In this document: in pieces, positions 10,283 through 20,255 of the stretch
How positions within the stretch are numbered: the first letter of the stretch is position 1
How the letters are laid out: every line of letters starts with the position of its first letter
Origin: a virus
Lineage: Duplodnaviria > Heunggongvirae > Uroviricota > Caudoviricetes
Virus record (IMG/VR): IMGVR_UViG_3300015214_000024
Coordinates: 391,148-455,147 of that record
DNA length: 64,000 bases
Strand: one strand, 5' to 3'
Program-made: the position numbers and the translations under genes
The notes under the pieces: generated by a model
What the model was told of the DNA's origin: nothing
The model's input: the letters and a program-made list of their open reading frames with translations, nothing else
Database searches by the model: none

Positions 10283-10348
10283 TTCAAATCCTTTTTGTAT
10301 GGTTACATTATTATAATATAACGATACTTATCAGTCAGTCAAATTTAA

Positions 10349-10723
10349 TTATCTGATGTCTGTAATAAAAAGACCAGGAGAAGGCAATGCCCATTCATCA
10401 AAAACAGGATCATATTCAACAGGAATGCCGCAATATTCGTCCAATTTCATTCGATTTTGTTGGCTTATTGGTAGCAGAAGAGGATCTAGAACAATATAAA
10501 GCTCTCCTTTGTAAGGTTGCATCATAACTGTTTTAACATCTTTTATACCATCTTCCAGCTGTTTCTTCTGACTGGTTGAAATCCGTGATGCTAAAAATAC
10601 CCCATCGTCTACAGAATGGACGGCCAAATAAGTTTGGCCGATTCCAGTCCGAGACCTTTTCATATATGCAAGTTGAATACCATCATAATATTCAATAACA
10701 TCACTCATTATGAATCTTGGCAC
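10349..10723 (-). CDS. Hypothetical protein
   Basis: 124-aa ORF tightly packed in the operon. Confidence 0.65.
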   Translation of the reverse strand: MPRFIMSDVIEYYDGIQLAYMKRSRTGIGQTYLAVHSVDDGVFLASRISTSQKKQLEDGIKDVKTVMMQPYKGELYIVLDPLLLPISQQNRMKLDEYCGIPVEYDPVFDEWALPSPGLFITDIR

Positions 10724-11347
10724 TTAAACCAGTTCCAGCATTCCATCTTGCAAGAATGAATAGCAATAGCCCTTAAGATCATCAACCCAATCTTCATCAC
10801 TCGCAATCAAGTTTTCACGAACAGTCACTTGTGCGCCGCGTTCCAAAAGCTTTCGAACTGTAGAGATGAGATTTTCTTTCGTCCAGGCGCCAGTAAAATC
10901 ATACTGATTAAAACCCATACTGACATTCTGCTTCAGAACTGTCGCAAACGATGGCTGTTCACCCATCATATGGGCTACAAAATCGCCAGCAATTCGAAAT
11001 GGACGAACTTCCTGTTTCTCATCAAGAATGTCAAAATTTGACGTCTTCATAAAATATCTTGGAATAGGTGCTTGTTTGTCAAGTTCAAGCTCAATGTCAT
11101 AACCTTCCGTCGTCTCAATACAGAATGGCTGAGAAATTGTTTTAGCCATTGGAGAACGTTCATAGTCTTCAACTTTGCGGCCATTATTTTGGATAACATA
11201 CAAAACATTAAGATATCCATTATCTTCAGTCATTGTATTTGAAATATAAAACTGAAGATCGAGCAAAAATGTATCAGATGGGTTAATACCCATAACAGCA
11301 GGATTCAAAATGTCCTTCTGAACGTACCCAATCAAAGCGAAACGCAT
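10724..11347 (-). CDS. Hypothetical protein
   Basis: Start moved to ATG 11347 (MRFALIG) after an AGGAG SD. Confidence 0.7.
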   Translation of the reverse strand: MRFALIGYVQKDILNPAVMGINPSDTFLLDLQFYISNTMTEDNGYLNVLYVIQNNGRKVEDYERSPMAKTISQPFCIETTEGYDIELELDKQAPIPRYFMKTSNFDILDEKQEVRPFRIAGDFVAHMMGEQPSFATVLKQNVSMGFNQYDFTGAWTKENLISTVRKLLERGAQVTVRENLIASDEDWVDDLKGYCYSFLQDGMLELV

Positions 11348-11348
11348 T

Positions 11349-11654
11349 TTATAACTCCTTGCTAAAAAGTTCACCATAACATAATGTAAAGGTTGCCTTA
11401 TCTTGCTCGTCCAAAAAGTAAAATACTACCTTTTCAGCCAAAACACCATTCGGTCCTTGTTCATATTCTCTGTTTGCATAATACGGTTGAATGCAAACAA
11501 TGTCAAGCCACCTAAGAATTTCGCTAATTTTTTCTCGCTCGTGTTTTTTGTGGGAGGCCGATAACCAAGTCGACTGTCTGATGAAATTTTTATTTCCACC
11601 CATTGTCATACATTTTTTGATATATTGGGTATCGGATAAGCGTTTACCCATCAC
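11349..11654 (-). CDS. Hypothetical protein (F-x-DE-x-D-x-x-x-F-x-L C-terminal motif)
   Basis: ...VVFYFLDEQDKATFTLCYG. Confidence 0.7.
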   Translation of the reverse strand: MMGKRLSDTQYIKKCMTMGGNKNFIRQSTWLSASHKKHEREKISEILRWLDIVCIQPYYANREYEQGPNGVLAEKVVFYFLDEQDKATFTLCYGELFSKEL

Positions 11655-12016
11655 ATACCACCAGACTTTGCCACATCATCTATATCAGCATCTAATAATT
11701 GGAATAGCATTGCTTCATCTGCATCAAATAATACAATTTTTTTAGATCCAACATAATATATTGATTTGCAATGATTGGCTAACCACGAAATGTGACCTGC
11801 TGGAATTTGGTCAACCACTTTCTCATTCTGCCAAGACACATCATAACTATCAAAAAATTGACTGAAAAATTTCAAACCGCAATGGCGGAGCCTGAGAGTA
11901 TCACCCCCTGGACAGAAGAAATAATCTCGACAAAAATCACCAAATTCAACAGTTGACATTTCGTGAGGATATTGGCGATTCATAAGATTGAATAGCGTTT
12001 TCCTATAGTTTTTCAT
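11651..12016 (-). CDS. Hypothetical phage protein
   Basis: Start moved to ATG 12016 (MKNYRK) to avoid overlap with the divergent gene; LRLRHCG, YYVG..KIVLFD. Confidence 0.7.
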   Translation of the reverse strand: MKNYRKTLFNLMNRQYPHEMSTVEFGDFCRDYFFCPGGDTLRLRHCGLKFFSQFFDSYDVSWQNEKVVDQIPAGHISWLANHCKSIYYVGSKKIVLFDADEAMLFQLLDADIDDVAKSGGM

Positions 12017-12048
12017 AACAATACCATTCTCGATTACCAAGTAGATAA

Positions 12049-12056
12049 TATAAATA
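12049..12056 (+). promoter_or_regulatory. T4-like late promoter TATAAATA
   Basis: Exact T4 late consensus about 35 nt upstream of ATG 12090. Confidence 0.7.
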
Positions 12057-12089
12057 TCCGGTAACAGTTTGTCAATAGGATTTTCCATT

Positions 12090-12407
12090 ATGGCTCGCCC
12101 TAAACCAGAAGTGCTTTTTGAAAGGATTGATACCAACTTTCGCTGTGAAGAAGTCTTGAGAGCTGGCTCAATCTTTGCAGTTTGCTATGATGGTGAACCT
12201 ATCCATCTAAGAACTTACCATAAGTTGATTGATCAAAAGCAGGGTAAGTATAAAAATTGCAGTTTTACGACCGCAGCGCCTGCATATAACTTAGCGCAAA
12301 GGCTAAACAAATATTTTAATACTGATAAATTTTCAGTATTTGAAATGACCCCTGTTAAAGAAATTACCAGTGAAGTTGAAGCTAAGAAATTTATTAAGAA
12401 GAGATAA
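12090..12407 (+). CDS. Hypothetical phage protein (MARPKP...)
   Basis: Likely start ATG 12090; first gene of the plus-strand late block. Confidence 0.75.
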   Translation: MARPKPEVLFERIDTNFRCEEVLRAGSIFAVCYDGEPIHLRTYHKLIDQKQGKYKNCSFTTAAPAYNLAQRLNKYFNTDKFSVFEMTPVKEITSEVEAKKFIKKR

Positions 12408-12412
12408 TATTA

Positions 12413-14359
12413 ATGGCTCAAGAAATTAGAAATAGAAGAGGTGATTTAGTAATTTCAATTCCTGATGGAGTTGTGCTGATGCCATCTGACCCAACCGTAT
12501 CATCGGACGGACCAACACTACCGAATACTAATACTAGCCTCTTCCAAGTAGGGCGCGATGTTCTTGACTATGGTTTAGAAATTTCAGAAAACCTCCACTG
12601 GATAATGGAAAATTTTGCCAATTCAGTACCGCCACAAAATCCAGTAGATGGTCAACTCTGGTGGGATATTTCAAGTGCTGCATCACCAGTGATGAAAGTG
12701 TACAATACAGGTACTGGTGGTTGGGGCGCTGTTGTGAAACTTTCAAGCGATCCTAATCCAAGCCTTTCAGCAAATTTAAATGCCGCTGGTAGAAAAATTA
12801 TCAACTTAGGAGCACCAGTTTCTGCCGCCGATGCAGCAACAAAACAATATGTCGATTCTGCAATAGGAGCAATATCTGGCGGTGTAAATTCATTTCTCTC
12901 CCTATCCGACACTCCGTCAACATATTCAGGCCAAGCTGGTAAAGTTACAAGAGTAAATGCAGCAAATACTGGTTTGGAATTTTATAAATTAAAATTTACC
13001 GACCTGGATGGTGTATCTTCAAGCTTTGCTGGACAAAATAGCAAATATTTGCGAGTCAATACTTCTGGAACTGCCATAGAATACGTTACACCAAGTATTA
13101 CTCATATTGATTGGTCAGGTGCTGTCAATGTAAATGCCCAAGGAGTTAAAATTAGCAATATTGCTACTCCTACCGCAGGACAAGATGCTGCAACCAAAAG
13201 TTATGTTGATTCTGCTCTTTCATCAGCAACTGGTGGAATCTTACCACCAGGAAATGGGATTGTAGTAAGAACTAATTCAGGCTCGGTCAACAGGAATATC
13301 ACTGCTGGAAATAACGGAATTGTAATCCAAAACGGTGATGGCGTTGCAGGAAACATTACAATATCACACGGGGCAGCCACAGGAAATGGATCAGTAAATT
13401 CTGGTGGTACAGTAATACAATCAATTACTTTAGACCCATACGGGCACATAAGCACTATCGGAACTACATCAATTACTGGTGGGTTAGGCTACATTCCAGT
13501 CAATAAAGCCGGTGATACAATGTCAGGCAATTTAAATGTGTCTGGTGGTGGACATATCACTTTGAGTACTAATGGTGACATCACTGCCCATCGTGGCAAT
13601 AATACCGGCGTAATATTCTTAGGCAATGCTGGAAACCGATACTTGTATTTCGACGGCAGTAATTATCAAATGCCATCGAGCAATTTGTACGTCAATGGCG
13701 GTCTAGCTTGGACTTCAGTCAACCAAGGATCTGGAACTGGAATGAACTCAGACTTGTTAGACGGATATGATTGGACTTCAGGCCAATTCGTTAGCTTCGG
13801 ACAGGGAAGATTCCTAACACCAAATTCGGGAACTACTGGAGGTATCCAATTAAGAGCAAATCCTTCACACGGTAATGCTATTTTACAATTTGTCAATGCG
13901 GATGTAAATCAACAATATGGCTTCTTATCAGTCAATTCTAATGGTAGATTGATTTATAATAATGGTACAGTTTGGCATTCCTTGTTGCAAGGTCCAGGCA
14001 CTGGAATGAATGCGGATTTGCTTGATGGGTATCATTATTCGGATATTATTGCCAATGCTGCGGCCGCTGGTGGTGGTATTATTGCAGGCAGTTTGGGAGC
14101 AAATGGCTGGGTTAGATTTGGATTTAGTAATTTTATGATCCAATGGGGCTATTATAATGCTACAAGTGGCGGATATAAAAACATATATTTCCCGACTTCT
14201 TTTCCAACGGCTTGCAGAAGTGTTACGTTGGGTAGTGAAATGCAAGCAAATAACGACTCTACTGACGATGTCGCGGGCGTAAGCTCAGTAACACAATCAT
14301 ACTTCCAAGCAAGAACTAGAGGAAGTTTACATTTCTATTGGATGGCTATAGGATACTAA
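12413..14359 (+). CDS. Tail fibre / receptor-binding protein
   Basis: N-terminal YG..ISENL..IMENFA...P.NPVDGQLWWD anchor shared with 14801; DAATK.YVD repeats; C-terminal IQWG...FPTSFPTAC...WMAIGY tip. Confidence 0.85.
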   Translation: MAQEIRNRRGDLVISIPDGVVLMPSDPTVSSDGPTLPNTNTSLFQVGRDVLDYGLEISENLHWIMENFANSVPPQNPVDGQLWWDISSAASPVMKVYNTGTGGWGAVVKLSSDPNPSLSANLNAAGRKIINLGAPVSAADAATKQYVDSAIGAISGGVNSFLSLSDTPSTYSGQAGKVTRVNAANTGLEFYKLKFTDLDGVSSSFAGQNSKYLRVNTSGTAIEYVTPSITHIDWSGAVNVNAQGVKISNIATPTAGQDAATKSYVDSALSSATGGILPPGNGIVVRTNSGSVNRNITAGNNGIVIQNGDGVAGNITISHGAATGNGSVNSGGTVIQSITLDPYGHISTIGTTSITGGLGYIPVNKAGDTMSGNLNVSGGGHITLSTNGDITAHRGNNTGVIFLGNAGNRYLYFDGSNYQMPSSNLYVNGGLAWTSVNQGSGTGMNSDLLDGYDWTSGQFVSFGQGRFLTPNSGTTGGIQLRANPSHGNAILQFVNADVNQQYGFLSVNSNGRLIYNNGTVWHSLLQGPGTGMNADLLDGYHYSDIIANAAAAGGGIIAGSLGANGWVRFGFSNFMIQWGYYNATSGGYKNIYFPTSFPTACRSVTLGSEMQANNDSTDDVAGVSSVTQSYFQARTRGSLHFYWMAIGY

Positions 14360-14360
14360 G

Positions 14361-14741
14361 ATGATTTATTTACATTATAGCGAAGATGATGGCAAATTTT
14401 TAGGCTGGTTTGACGATCGAATTTGTGATAAAATCCCCGAACCAAATAAAGTAATTTCAGACAAAGATCATTTAAAATATCACGAACTCATAAGCGATAA
14501 AGAACAAATGATTTTCGTAGTCAATGACAAGATCATTGTAAAAAAAGCTGAACAAATAATTGATTGGTTAGACATAAGACTTCAAAGAAACAAACTATTG
14601 AATGAAACTGATTGGTCACAGCTGGGCGATGTTCAACCCGAACTTAGAGAAAAATATGCAATATATCGCCAAACCTTGCGAGATATTCCACAAAATTTCA
14701 ATTCCCCATATGATGTAAAATGGCCAGTTCGACCAGAGTAA
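14361..14741 (+). CDS. Tail fibre assembly chaperone
   Basis: W..IR..RN.LL.ETDW.QL.DV...YRQ.LRDIPQ...V.WP; directly follows the fibre gene. Confidence 0.85.
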   Translation: MIYLHYSEDDGKFLGWFDDRICDKIPEPNKVISDKDHLKYHELISDKEQMIFVVNDKIIVKKAEQIIDWLDIRLQRNKLLNETDWSQLGDVQPELREKYAIYRQTLRDIPQNFNSPYDVKWPVRPE

Positions 14742-14760
14742 ATTTTAATAAGAAATTCAG

Positions 14761-14768
14761 TATAAATA
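14761..14768 (+). promoter_or_regulatory. T4-like late promoter TATAAATA
   Basis: Exact consensus upstream of GGAG SD and ATG 14801. Confidence 0.75.
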
Positions 14769-14800
14769 AACTACACAATTAATGCAAAACTGGAGTTACT

Positions 14801-16156
14801 ATGGCATATATCTTAAACAAATCTAACGGTAACGTAGTAACAACCATCGCGGATGGTACTGTTGATTTGACTTCTACATCAATTGGACTTATCGGTCGTC
14901 ACTATGCTGCATATGGCGAAATAATAAACGAAGACCTTATCAAATTGCTTGAAAACTTCTCCAACAATACGTCACCTGCATCACCACTAAAAGGCCAACT
15001 TTGGTTCAATGCAGTTGACAATTCAATAATGGTCAACATTAGCGACAATCCAAACAGTCCCCAATGGCTCAATGTTACAAAAGCATCAGTTAGTTCAACT
15101 GAGCCCGCATCATCCATTGAAGGTTCAATATGGTTTGATTCGTTGGCAGGAACTCTAAAAATCAAATCAGGTTCTTCCTGGGCAACTTTAAAAACTATCA
15201 AGTATGGTGAAGAAAACGGAGGAACAACCCTTCCATTCGTTTCTGACTCAGCAGATGGTGACTTATTTTTCGCAACTGATTCAAACCAACTTTATTCATT
15301 CTCATCAGCTTCCAGATTTACTGGCACACCGGGTTGGGATGCAGTTGGGATCCGTTATGATGACAGCAATGGTAATGCAGCATACAACCCTGCTGGTATT
15401 AAAAATGGCGAAGTTTGGTTTGATGACGATACTAAACAGCTCAAACTTTATTCAGAAGCTGATGGTGGCAATGCTGCCGGTTCTGAAATCATTGGACCAA
15501 TTTTTCCAAAATCAATTGCTCACCAATTAAGCGGCTTCTTTGGTATTGAGGTCAATTCAATACCAATGATCGTTGAAATGGTTAATGGTAACCCAATCAC
15601 TGTTTCAAGCCCAGCAACTGTACTAAACCCGGGCGGTCTTTTCGGTCCCGGAGATGCAATTAATATGGGTGTATTTGGTAGCACCATATACAAAGGTGTC
15701 AATCTAACTACTAACACGACAAATGGCGCGCCACGTTTTGCCGGTCCAGCATCAAGTATTGCAGCCGATATTGCAGAAAGATTTGCGAGTGACGTCGCAG
15801 TCGAGCCAGGTGATTTGATGGTAATTGGCGGTTCAAAAGACGTTACCAAATCTAAAGTAAGTTTAGATCAAAACGTATTTGGAGTAGTTTCAACCAACCC
15901 AGCATATATGATGAACGACGGCTTAGGTGATGGTGAAATGTTCCCATTCATTGCACTTGCAGGAAGAGTTCCAGTTAAAGTAGTTGGACCTGTTGAAAAA
16001 GGTCAGCGCTTAGTGAGTAGCAATATACCTGGTGTCGCTAAGGCAATCAGCAATAACCAAGTCGTATCATCTTACGTGTCTGTTTTTGGCCGCGCGATGA
16101 TGACTGATATTGGTAATGAAGTTAGATTAATTGATGCAGTAGTCGGGGTTAAATAA
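14801..16156 (+). CDS. Baseplate/fibre-like structural protein with a putative C-terminal autocleavage-chaperone-like domain
   Basis: MAYILNK.NG...DG.VD...LIGR.Y..YGE...LLENFS...GQLWF N-terminus; C-terminal ADIAERF...GVVST.PAY.MN...GRVPVKV.GPV.KG. Confidence 0.75.
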   Translation: MAYILNKSNGNVVTTIADGTVDLTSTSIGLIGRHYAAYGEIINEDLIKLLENFSNNTSPASPLKGQLWFNAVDNSIMVNISDNPNSPQWLNVTKASVSSTEPASSIEGSIWFDSLAGTLKIKSGSSWATLKTIKYGEENGGTTLPFVSDSADGDLFFATDSNQLYSFSSASRFTGTPGWDAVGIRYDDSNGNAAYNPAGIKNGEVWFDDDTKQLKLYSEADGGNAAGSEIIGPIFPKSIAHQLSGFFGIEVNSIPMIVEMVNGNPITVSSPATVLNPGGLFGPGDAINMGVFGSTIYKGVNLTTNTTNGAPRFAGPASSIAADIAERFASDVAVEPGDLMVIGGSKDVTKSKVSLDQNVFGVVSTNPAYMMNDGLGDGEMFPFIALAGRVPVKVVGPVEKGQRLVSSNIPGVAKAISNNQVVSSYVSVFGRAMMTDIGNEVRLIDAVVGVK

Positions 16157-16165
16157 GCCCCGACT
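16141..16165. terminator. GC-rich hairpin at the junction of convergent genes
   Basis: AGTCGGGG-ttaaataag-CCCCGACT overlaps both stop codons; no clear U-tract. Confidence 0.45.
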
Positions 16166-16745
16166 CTGTCCATCCTTGAACTTGTTTTTCAATTTCTTCA
16201 ACAGAATAATGTTGTCTCAAATTTAAATATTCCTGATGAGGAATAAGTTTTCCACCACACATAAAATTCCAGTCTTTCTGTTTTGGTCCCATCAAAAATA
16301 AGGTCCAAACATCAGGGACTTTTGGATCAAGTTCTAACCAATGCAAATCAGTTGCTGATCTGCTAGTATGATATCCTGGGCCTCTCCAAAAGGTACCTTC
16401 TGGTTTATGTTCCCAATATCCGCCTTTTAATATATAGGTTTGCCACGACCAAGGATGATCGTGAAATCCATCAAGGTCAGATCTGATTAAATTGTGGATA
16501 GTTATTCGAGCGAATGGTCGAAGATTCATATAGTAGAATCTATCTAGATATGGCGTAGCGCCATCACGTTCCATAATTGTAAAACGTTTTCCTTGATTTT
16601 TTAAATCTTCTACTACATTTTGTAAATTATTACCTTGCTGTAGGTAACGTCCGTGTGATACTAAGAATGATTCTTCCGTGTCAGCATTAAAAGTCAATTT
16701 TGCCTCCATTAGAAAATAGAAGCGGCCGAAGCCGCTTCTATTCAC
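16149..16745 (-). CDS. Cupin-fold protein
   Basis: HDHPW...ILKGGYWE...H.LEL...WTLF..GP; start may be ATG 16709. Confidence 0.75.
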   Translation of the reverse strand: MNRSGFGRFYFLMEAKLTFNADTEESFLVSHGRYLQQGNNLQNVVEDLKNQGKRFTIMERDGATPYLDRFYYMNLRPFARITIHNLIRSDLDGFHDHPWSWQTYILKGGYWEHKPEGTFWRGPGYHTSRSATDLHWLELDPKVPDVWTLFLMGPKQKDWNFMCGGKLIPHQEYLNLRQHYSVEEIEKQVQGWTESGLI

Positions 16746-17455
16746 TTCACCTTAGCATTTTCTCTACGAGAAATTGCAGCTTTCAAGGCAGCTTCAGTTT
16801 TGTACGACTTACCAGTAGCATCATCAGTCCAAGCTGATGTTCCTTCAGCGAGTTCTGGATTAAGTGTAGGATCGTACTTATAAGCTTCCTTAAACTTAGC
16901 ATCAGCATCAGCTTGAAGCATTTGCGCCTGAGCTAATAAGTTGCGAGCGATCGCTTTATTGTTCTCACTGGCATCAACTGCATCATTGTGATTTGAAACT
17001 GTAAAATTTGGCTCATTTGCAGCTTCCATCTGTGGCGCTTCAAATGCTTGTCCTGAATCTTTCCAAGCAGTATAAGCTTGAGCCAATTCAGGTGTATTTT
17101 CCAACATCATAGTGTAAACTTGCGATAGTGGCAATTGTGTATTTGGTTTTGGTACCATCAATACTTGACTTACAGCAGCGCGAGTAATCGCCGCTGGTGT
17201 ATTGAACAAGAATCGTATCATATTCACACCATCATATTCTAAACCGTGTAGATGTTGTGAAAACCACACTTTAGATTGTGCGATATTAGTTTCAACTTCG
17301 CGAACTACCACTTCTTCAAGAGAATGTGGTAGACGCTCAGCTTCAATAACAAATACATAATTAAGATCTGATGGATCTGGCATCAACACGATGACTTTAC
17401 GTCCAGATGAAACACCTACGTGCTTCAACATTTTGCCTGATCTATATAAATCCAT
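16742..17455 (-). CDS. Hypothetical phage protein
   Basis: 237 aa; GAGAGG SD. Confidence 0.75.
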   Translation of the reverse strand: MDLYRSGKMLKHVGVSSGRKVIVLMPDPSDLNYVFVIEAERLPHSLEEVVVREVETNIAQSKVWFSQHLHGLEYDGVNMIRFLFNTPAAITRAAVSQVLMVPKPNTQLPLSQVYTMMLENTPELAQAYTAWKDSGQAFEAPQMEAANEPNFTVSNHNDAVDASENNKAIARNLLAQAQMLQADADAKFKEAYKYDPTLNPELAEGTSAWTDDATGKSYKTEAALKAAISRRENAKVK

Positions 17456-17489
17456 ATTATTTTCCTCTCATCGAGTTAAGTTAGTTGGC

Positions 17490-17738
17490 TTATTCGGCGC
17501 CTTCTTCCGTAGCTTCAGCAGCTTCTTCAGCTGGTGCGATGGCCTTAACAACTTCCGCAATACGGTCACGAACCTGGCCAACCTTAGTGATATTTTCACC
17601 AGTAAATGCGCCGCGAGCAGCAGCAAAATCGATAATTTGGACAGCAGCAGCCAAATCAGCTACTGACAAATTAACACTCTTATCTTCAACAGCTGGTGTT
17701 TCAACAACAGTTTCAGCTTCAACTTTCTTTTTTGCCAT
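17490..17738 (-). CDS. Hypothetical phage protein
   Basis: LSVADL...IIDFAAARGAF.GE...VG; AAGGA SD. Confidence 0.8.
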   Translation of the reverse strand: MAKKKVEAETVVETPAVEDKSVNLSVADLAAAVQIIDFAAARGAFTGENITKVGQVRDRIAEVVKAIAPAEEAAEATEEGAE

Positions 17739-17820
17739 TTTATATTCCTTTCAAGAAAAAATGCAAGGTTTAATTGTTTCTAAATTTAACATAGTGGGAT
17801 TTAATAAGTCAAATTTAATT

Positions 17821-18417
17821 TTAAAATCTATCTAAAATTTTTCTTAGATCGCCTTCAATTAAATTTGACTTATTATTTGGATCAATGGTAACTGGACCAT
17901 CCCAATTCAAGTATGGAATCCACGACTCGTGTGCAACAGTGATTGGGTTCTTTCTCGCATTACTTGCAAGTTCCCAATATGACGGTCTCCACGGCTGTTT
18001 CATTGGCTTGATCTTAGTGCTATCACCCTTTGCTTGATTGCAAGGCAAACACGCGCTTGAGATGTTTTCCCAATTCGTCTTACCACCTAAGCTACGTGGA
18101 GTTACGTGCTCAAATGTCAGTTCAACTGGTCGAAACTTATTACCACAGTATTGGCAGACATAATTGTCCCTTAAGAAGATATTTTCCTTAGAAAATTCAA
18201 TCTTACCGCTATGCTGCTGGAATTCCTTCAACATAATGATTGACGGCATTCTCAATTGAACAGATGGTGATCGAATAACCCAAGTATCATAGGATTCAAC
18301 AACGACTGCGCGATCTAGGTAAATCACACGAATAGCTTCTTTCCAATGTGTTGTGCTCAACGGAATAACACTAACTGGGTTACCATCGGCATTTAGAACT
18401 AAAGTCGCATCTGACAT
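17821..18417 (-). CDS. HNH endonuclease-family protein
   Basis: LVLNADG.P.S; IFLRD...CQYCG...LTFEHV.PRS.GG...WEN....C..CN..KG. Confidence 0.9.
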   Translation of the reverse strand: MSDATLVLNADGNPVSVIPLSTTHWKEAIRVIYLDRAVVVESYDTWVIRSPSVQLRMPSIIMLKEFQQHSGKIEFSKENIFLRDNYVCQYCGNKFRPVELTFEHVTPRSLGGKTNWENISSACLPCNQAKGDSTKIKPMKQPWRPSYWELASNARKNPITVAHESWIPYLNWDGPVTIDPNNKSNLIEGDLRKILDRF

Positions 18418-18419
18418 TG

Positions 18420-18459
18420 TTAACTTTCCTTTTCAATATTTATTGATCTAGAAGGTCAA
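18420..18459 (-). promoter_or_regulatory. Late promoter (AATAAATA 18437-18444) inside an imperfect hairpin covering the HNH SD
   Basis: Minus strand: ttgaccttct-aga-tcaat-aaat-attga-aaaggaaagttaa-caATG. Confidence 0.5.
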
Positions 18460-19179
18460 CTTCATTGCGCTTAGTTGACCTCCTTTACTTGATCCAGTGT
18501 CTAAAAATATAGCCTTTCCGCCTTTTCTACCATTTTGGTAGTGAGGATATGCTTTATTTCTGATATCGTGGCCGACAATAACAGTTTTTTCTACTGGTAT
18601 ATAATCGACCCAATCATACCTACGAGTTGGATATCCATCTTCTCTTGGCGTTGCTTTCATATCAACTTGTCCAAACATTGACATTGATCGTGTCGCTTTT
18701 GCAAATTGATATTGATCCCAAAATTTAGGATCAATTGCCCCGTGAGCAAAAAAATAGTTACCACAACTCATAATAAAACAAGAATTATCATATGTATTAA
18801 TAAATTCATCTTCAAAAGAAACCAAATCATTTGGTTCCAACTTTTCCATATCCTGAATAGTAGTCAATATTCCTCCCTGACGGCGGACTCTAACATTCTG
18901 TTCTCTGGATTGGTTAATATATTTAAACAATTTAAATTCGTGATTGCCAATTAACATTCTAGCTTGCCCATTGAGAATCAATGCATTTAATTCACGAAAA
19001 CATTTAACATTGTCCAAACCATAATCCATAACATCGCCTAGACTGATCAGAAATAAATTTTCCTCTCGGGCTTGGTGTAGGACAATTTCAAATTCAGGCC
19101 AATTACCGTGGATATCACCCACAACGAGTGCTCCAGCGAACTGGGCCACCTCATTAGTAATATCCAAATAATTTATCAC
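18448..19179 (-). CDS. Calcineurin-like metallophosphoesterase
   Basis: GDIHG, LGDVMDYG, GNHE, HG, GH and DTG motifs. Confidence 0.92.
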   Translation of the reverse strand: MINYLDITNEVAQFAGALVVGDIHGNWPEFEIVLHQAREENLFLISLGDVMDYGLDNVKCFRELNALILNGQARMLIGNHEFKLFKYINQSREQNVRVRRQGGILTTIQDMEKLEPNDLVSFEDEFINTYDNSCFIMSCGNYFFAHGAIDPKFWDQYQFAKATRSMSMFGQVDMKATPREDGYPTRRYDWVDYIPVEKTVIVGHDIRNKAYPHYQNGRKGGKAIFLDTGSSKGGQLSAMKLTF

Positions 19180-19221
19180 TGTAAAAATCCTTTATAATTC
19201 GTCAGCAGTGTAACAAGTCAA

Positions 19222-20244
19222 TCAATCAGTGTCAACAGGATTCTTCAAATATGGGGATGAAAGGAATGGAATATATTGATTGTTGTTTTCTAAAACCTTA
19301 TTCAACTCGTGCCTTGAAGCAAATTTCATAAAATGAAATCCAATATTTTTCCGCTCTTTAGGTTGTGATAAAACCGTCGCAATATATAGATCCATAGCCT
19401 CTCTAATTTCCTGAGGTTGCTGAGTTAAATCAACTAACATTATGTTTCTTTCATAAAGATCTTTAACTTTATATGATTCACCGAAACCATCTACCCAGGA
19501 TTCTAAAATGAAATTATTCCATTCATATCCTCTATTAATTCTATCTTCAAAAACCTTGTCAAGCCGTGTTTGTCGAACTTTCGGCAAAACTGATGAAATA
19601 TTGTCACTCATATCACCACGGACTATTTTTAAGAACTTCGCTTTCTCAATCCAATCATTGTCAGGAATAAAGTCTGGATTAGGCTTGCCATATTTGATCT
19701 TACCATCATTTTTTAATGTAAAGTCGACCGCCTGGCCTTTATCATTTACAATCTTTAATGGTGATATAGTAAATCCATTCATAGCATCATACATTTTAAC
19801 ATTTGGCGCCAGAAGCTGCACATAGTCCATATCACTAGTGACAACAATATGCTCATCTTCTGGATGGAGCGCTATAAATCTGGCAGCCAGGTCATCAGCC
19901 TCACTGAATTTCTGATGTAGAACTGTGCAGTTCGTTCTTTCATCCAAAAATGTGACAAATTCATTCATACTTGAAAAAAAGAATTCATCAGCCTCAATTT
20001 CTTTAGCCGGCTTTAAATTTTTTGCACTGACTCGATTTTTCTTATAAGGTTCATAGACATCTTTACGCCAAGATCGTCCATCCATACAAAAAACAACGTG
20101 ATCAGCCTGATGTTGATTCCAAATCTTTTTAATAGAATTTAATATGACGTGCATTGCAAGTCCAGTTTGGGTTACTACGTCACCGCTCATTGAGAATCGA
20201 GCTCTATACAATAGGTGATTTGTATCAATTATTAAATATTTCAA
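19222..20244 (-). CDS. 5'-3' exonuclease / T4 RNase H-like flap nuclease
   Basis: IIDT, DGRSWRK..Y..YK.NR, EADD, SDMD..QL, GD.SDNI. Confidence 0.92.
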   Translation of the reverse strand: MKYLIIDTNHLLYRARFSMSGDVVTQTGLAMHVILNSIKKIWNQHQADHVVFCMDGRSWRKDVYEPYKKNRVSAKNLKPAKEIEADEFFFSSMNEFVTFLDERTNCTVLHQKFSEADDLAARFIALHPEDEHIVVTSDMDYVQLLAPNVKMYDAMNGFTISPLKIVNDKGQAVDFTLKNDGKIKYGKPNPDFIPDNDWIEKAKFLKIVRGDMSDNISSVLPKVRQTRLDKVFEDRINRGYEWNNFILESWVDGFGESYKVKDLYERNIMLVDLTQQPQEIREAMDLYIATVLSQPKERKNIGFHFMKFASRHELNKVLENNNQYIPFLSSPYLKNPVDTD

Positions 20245-20255
20245 GTTTCATTCCT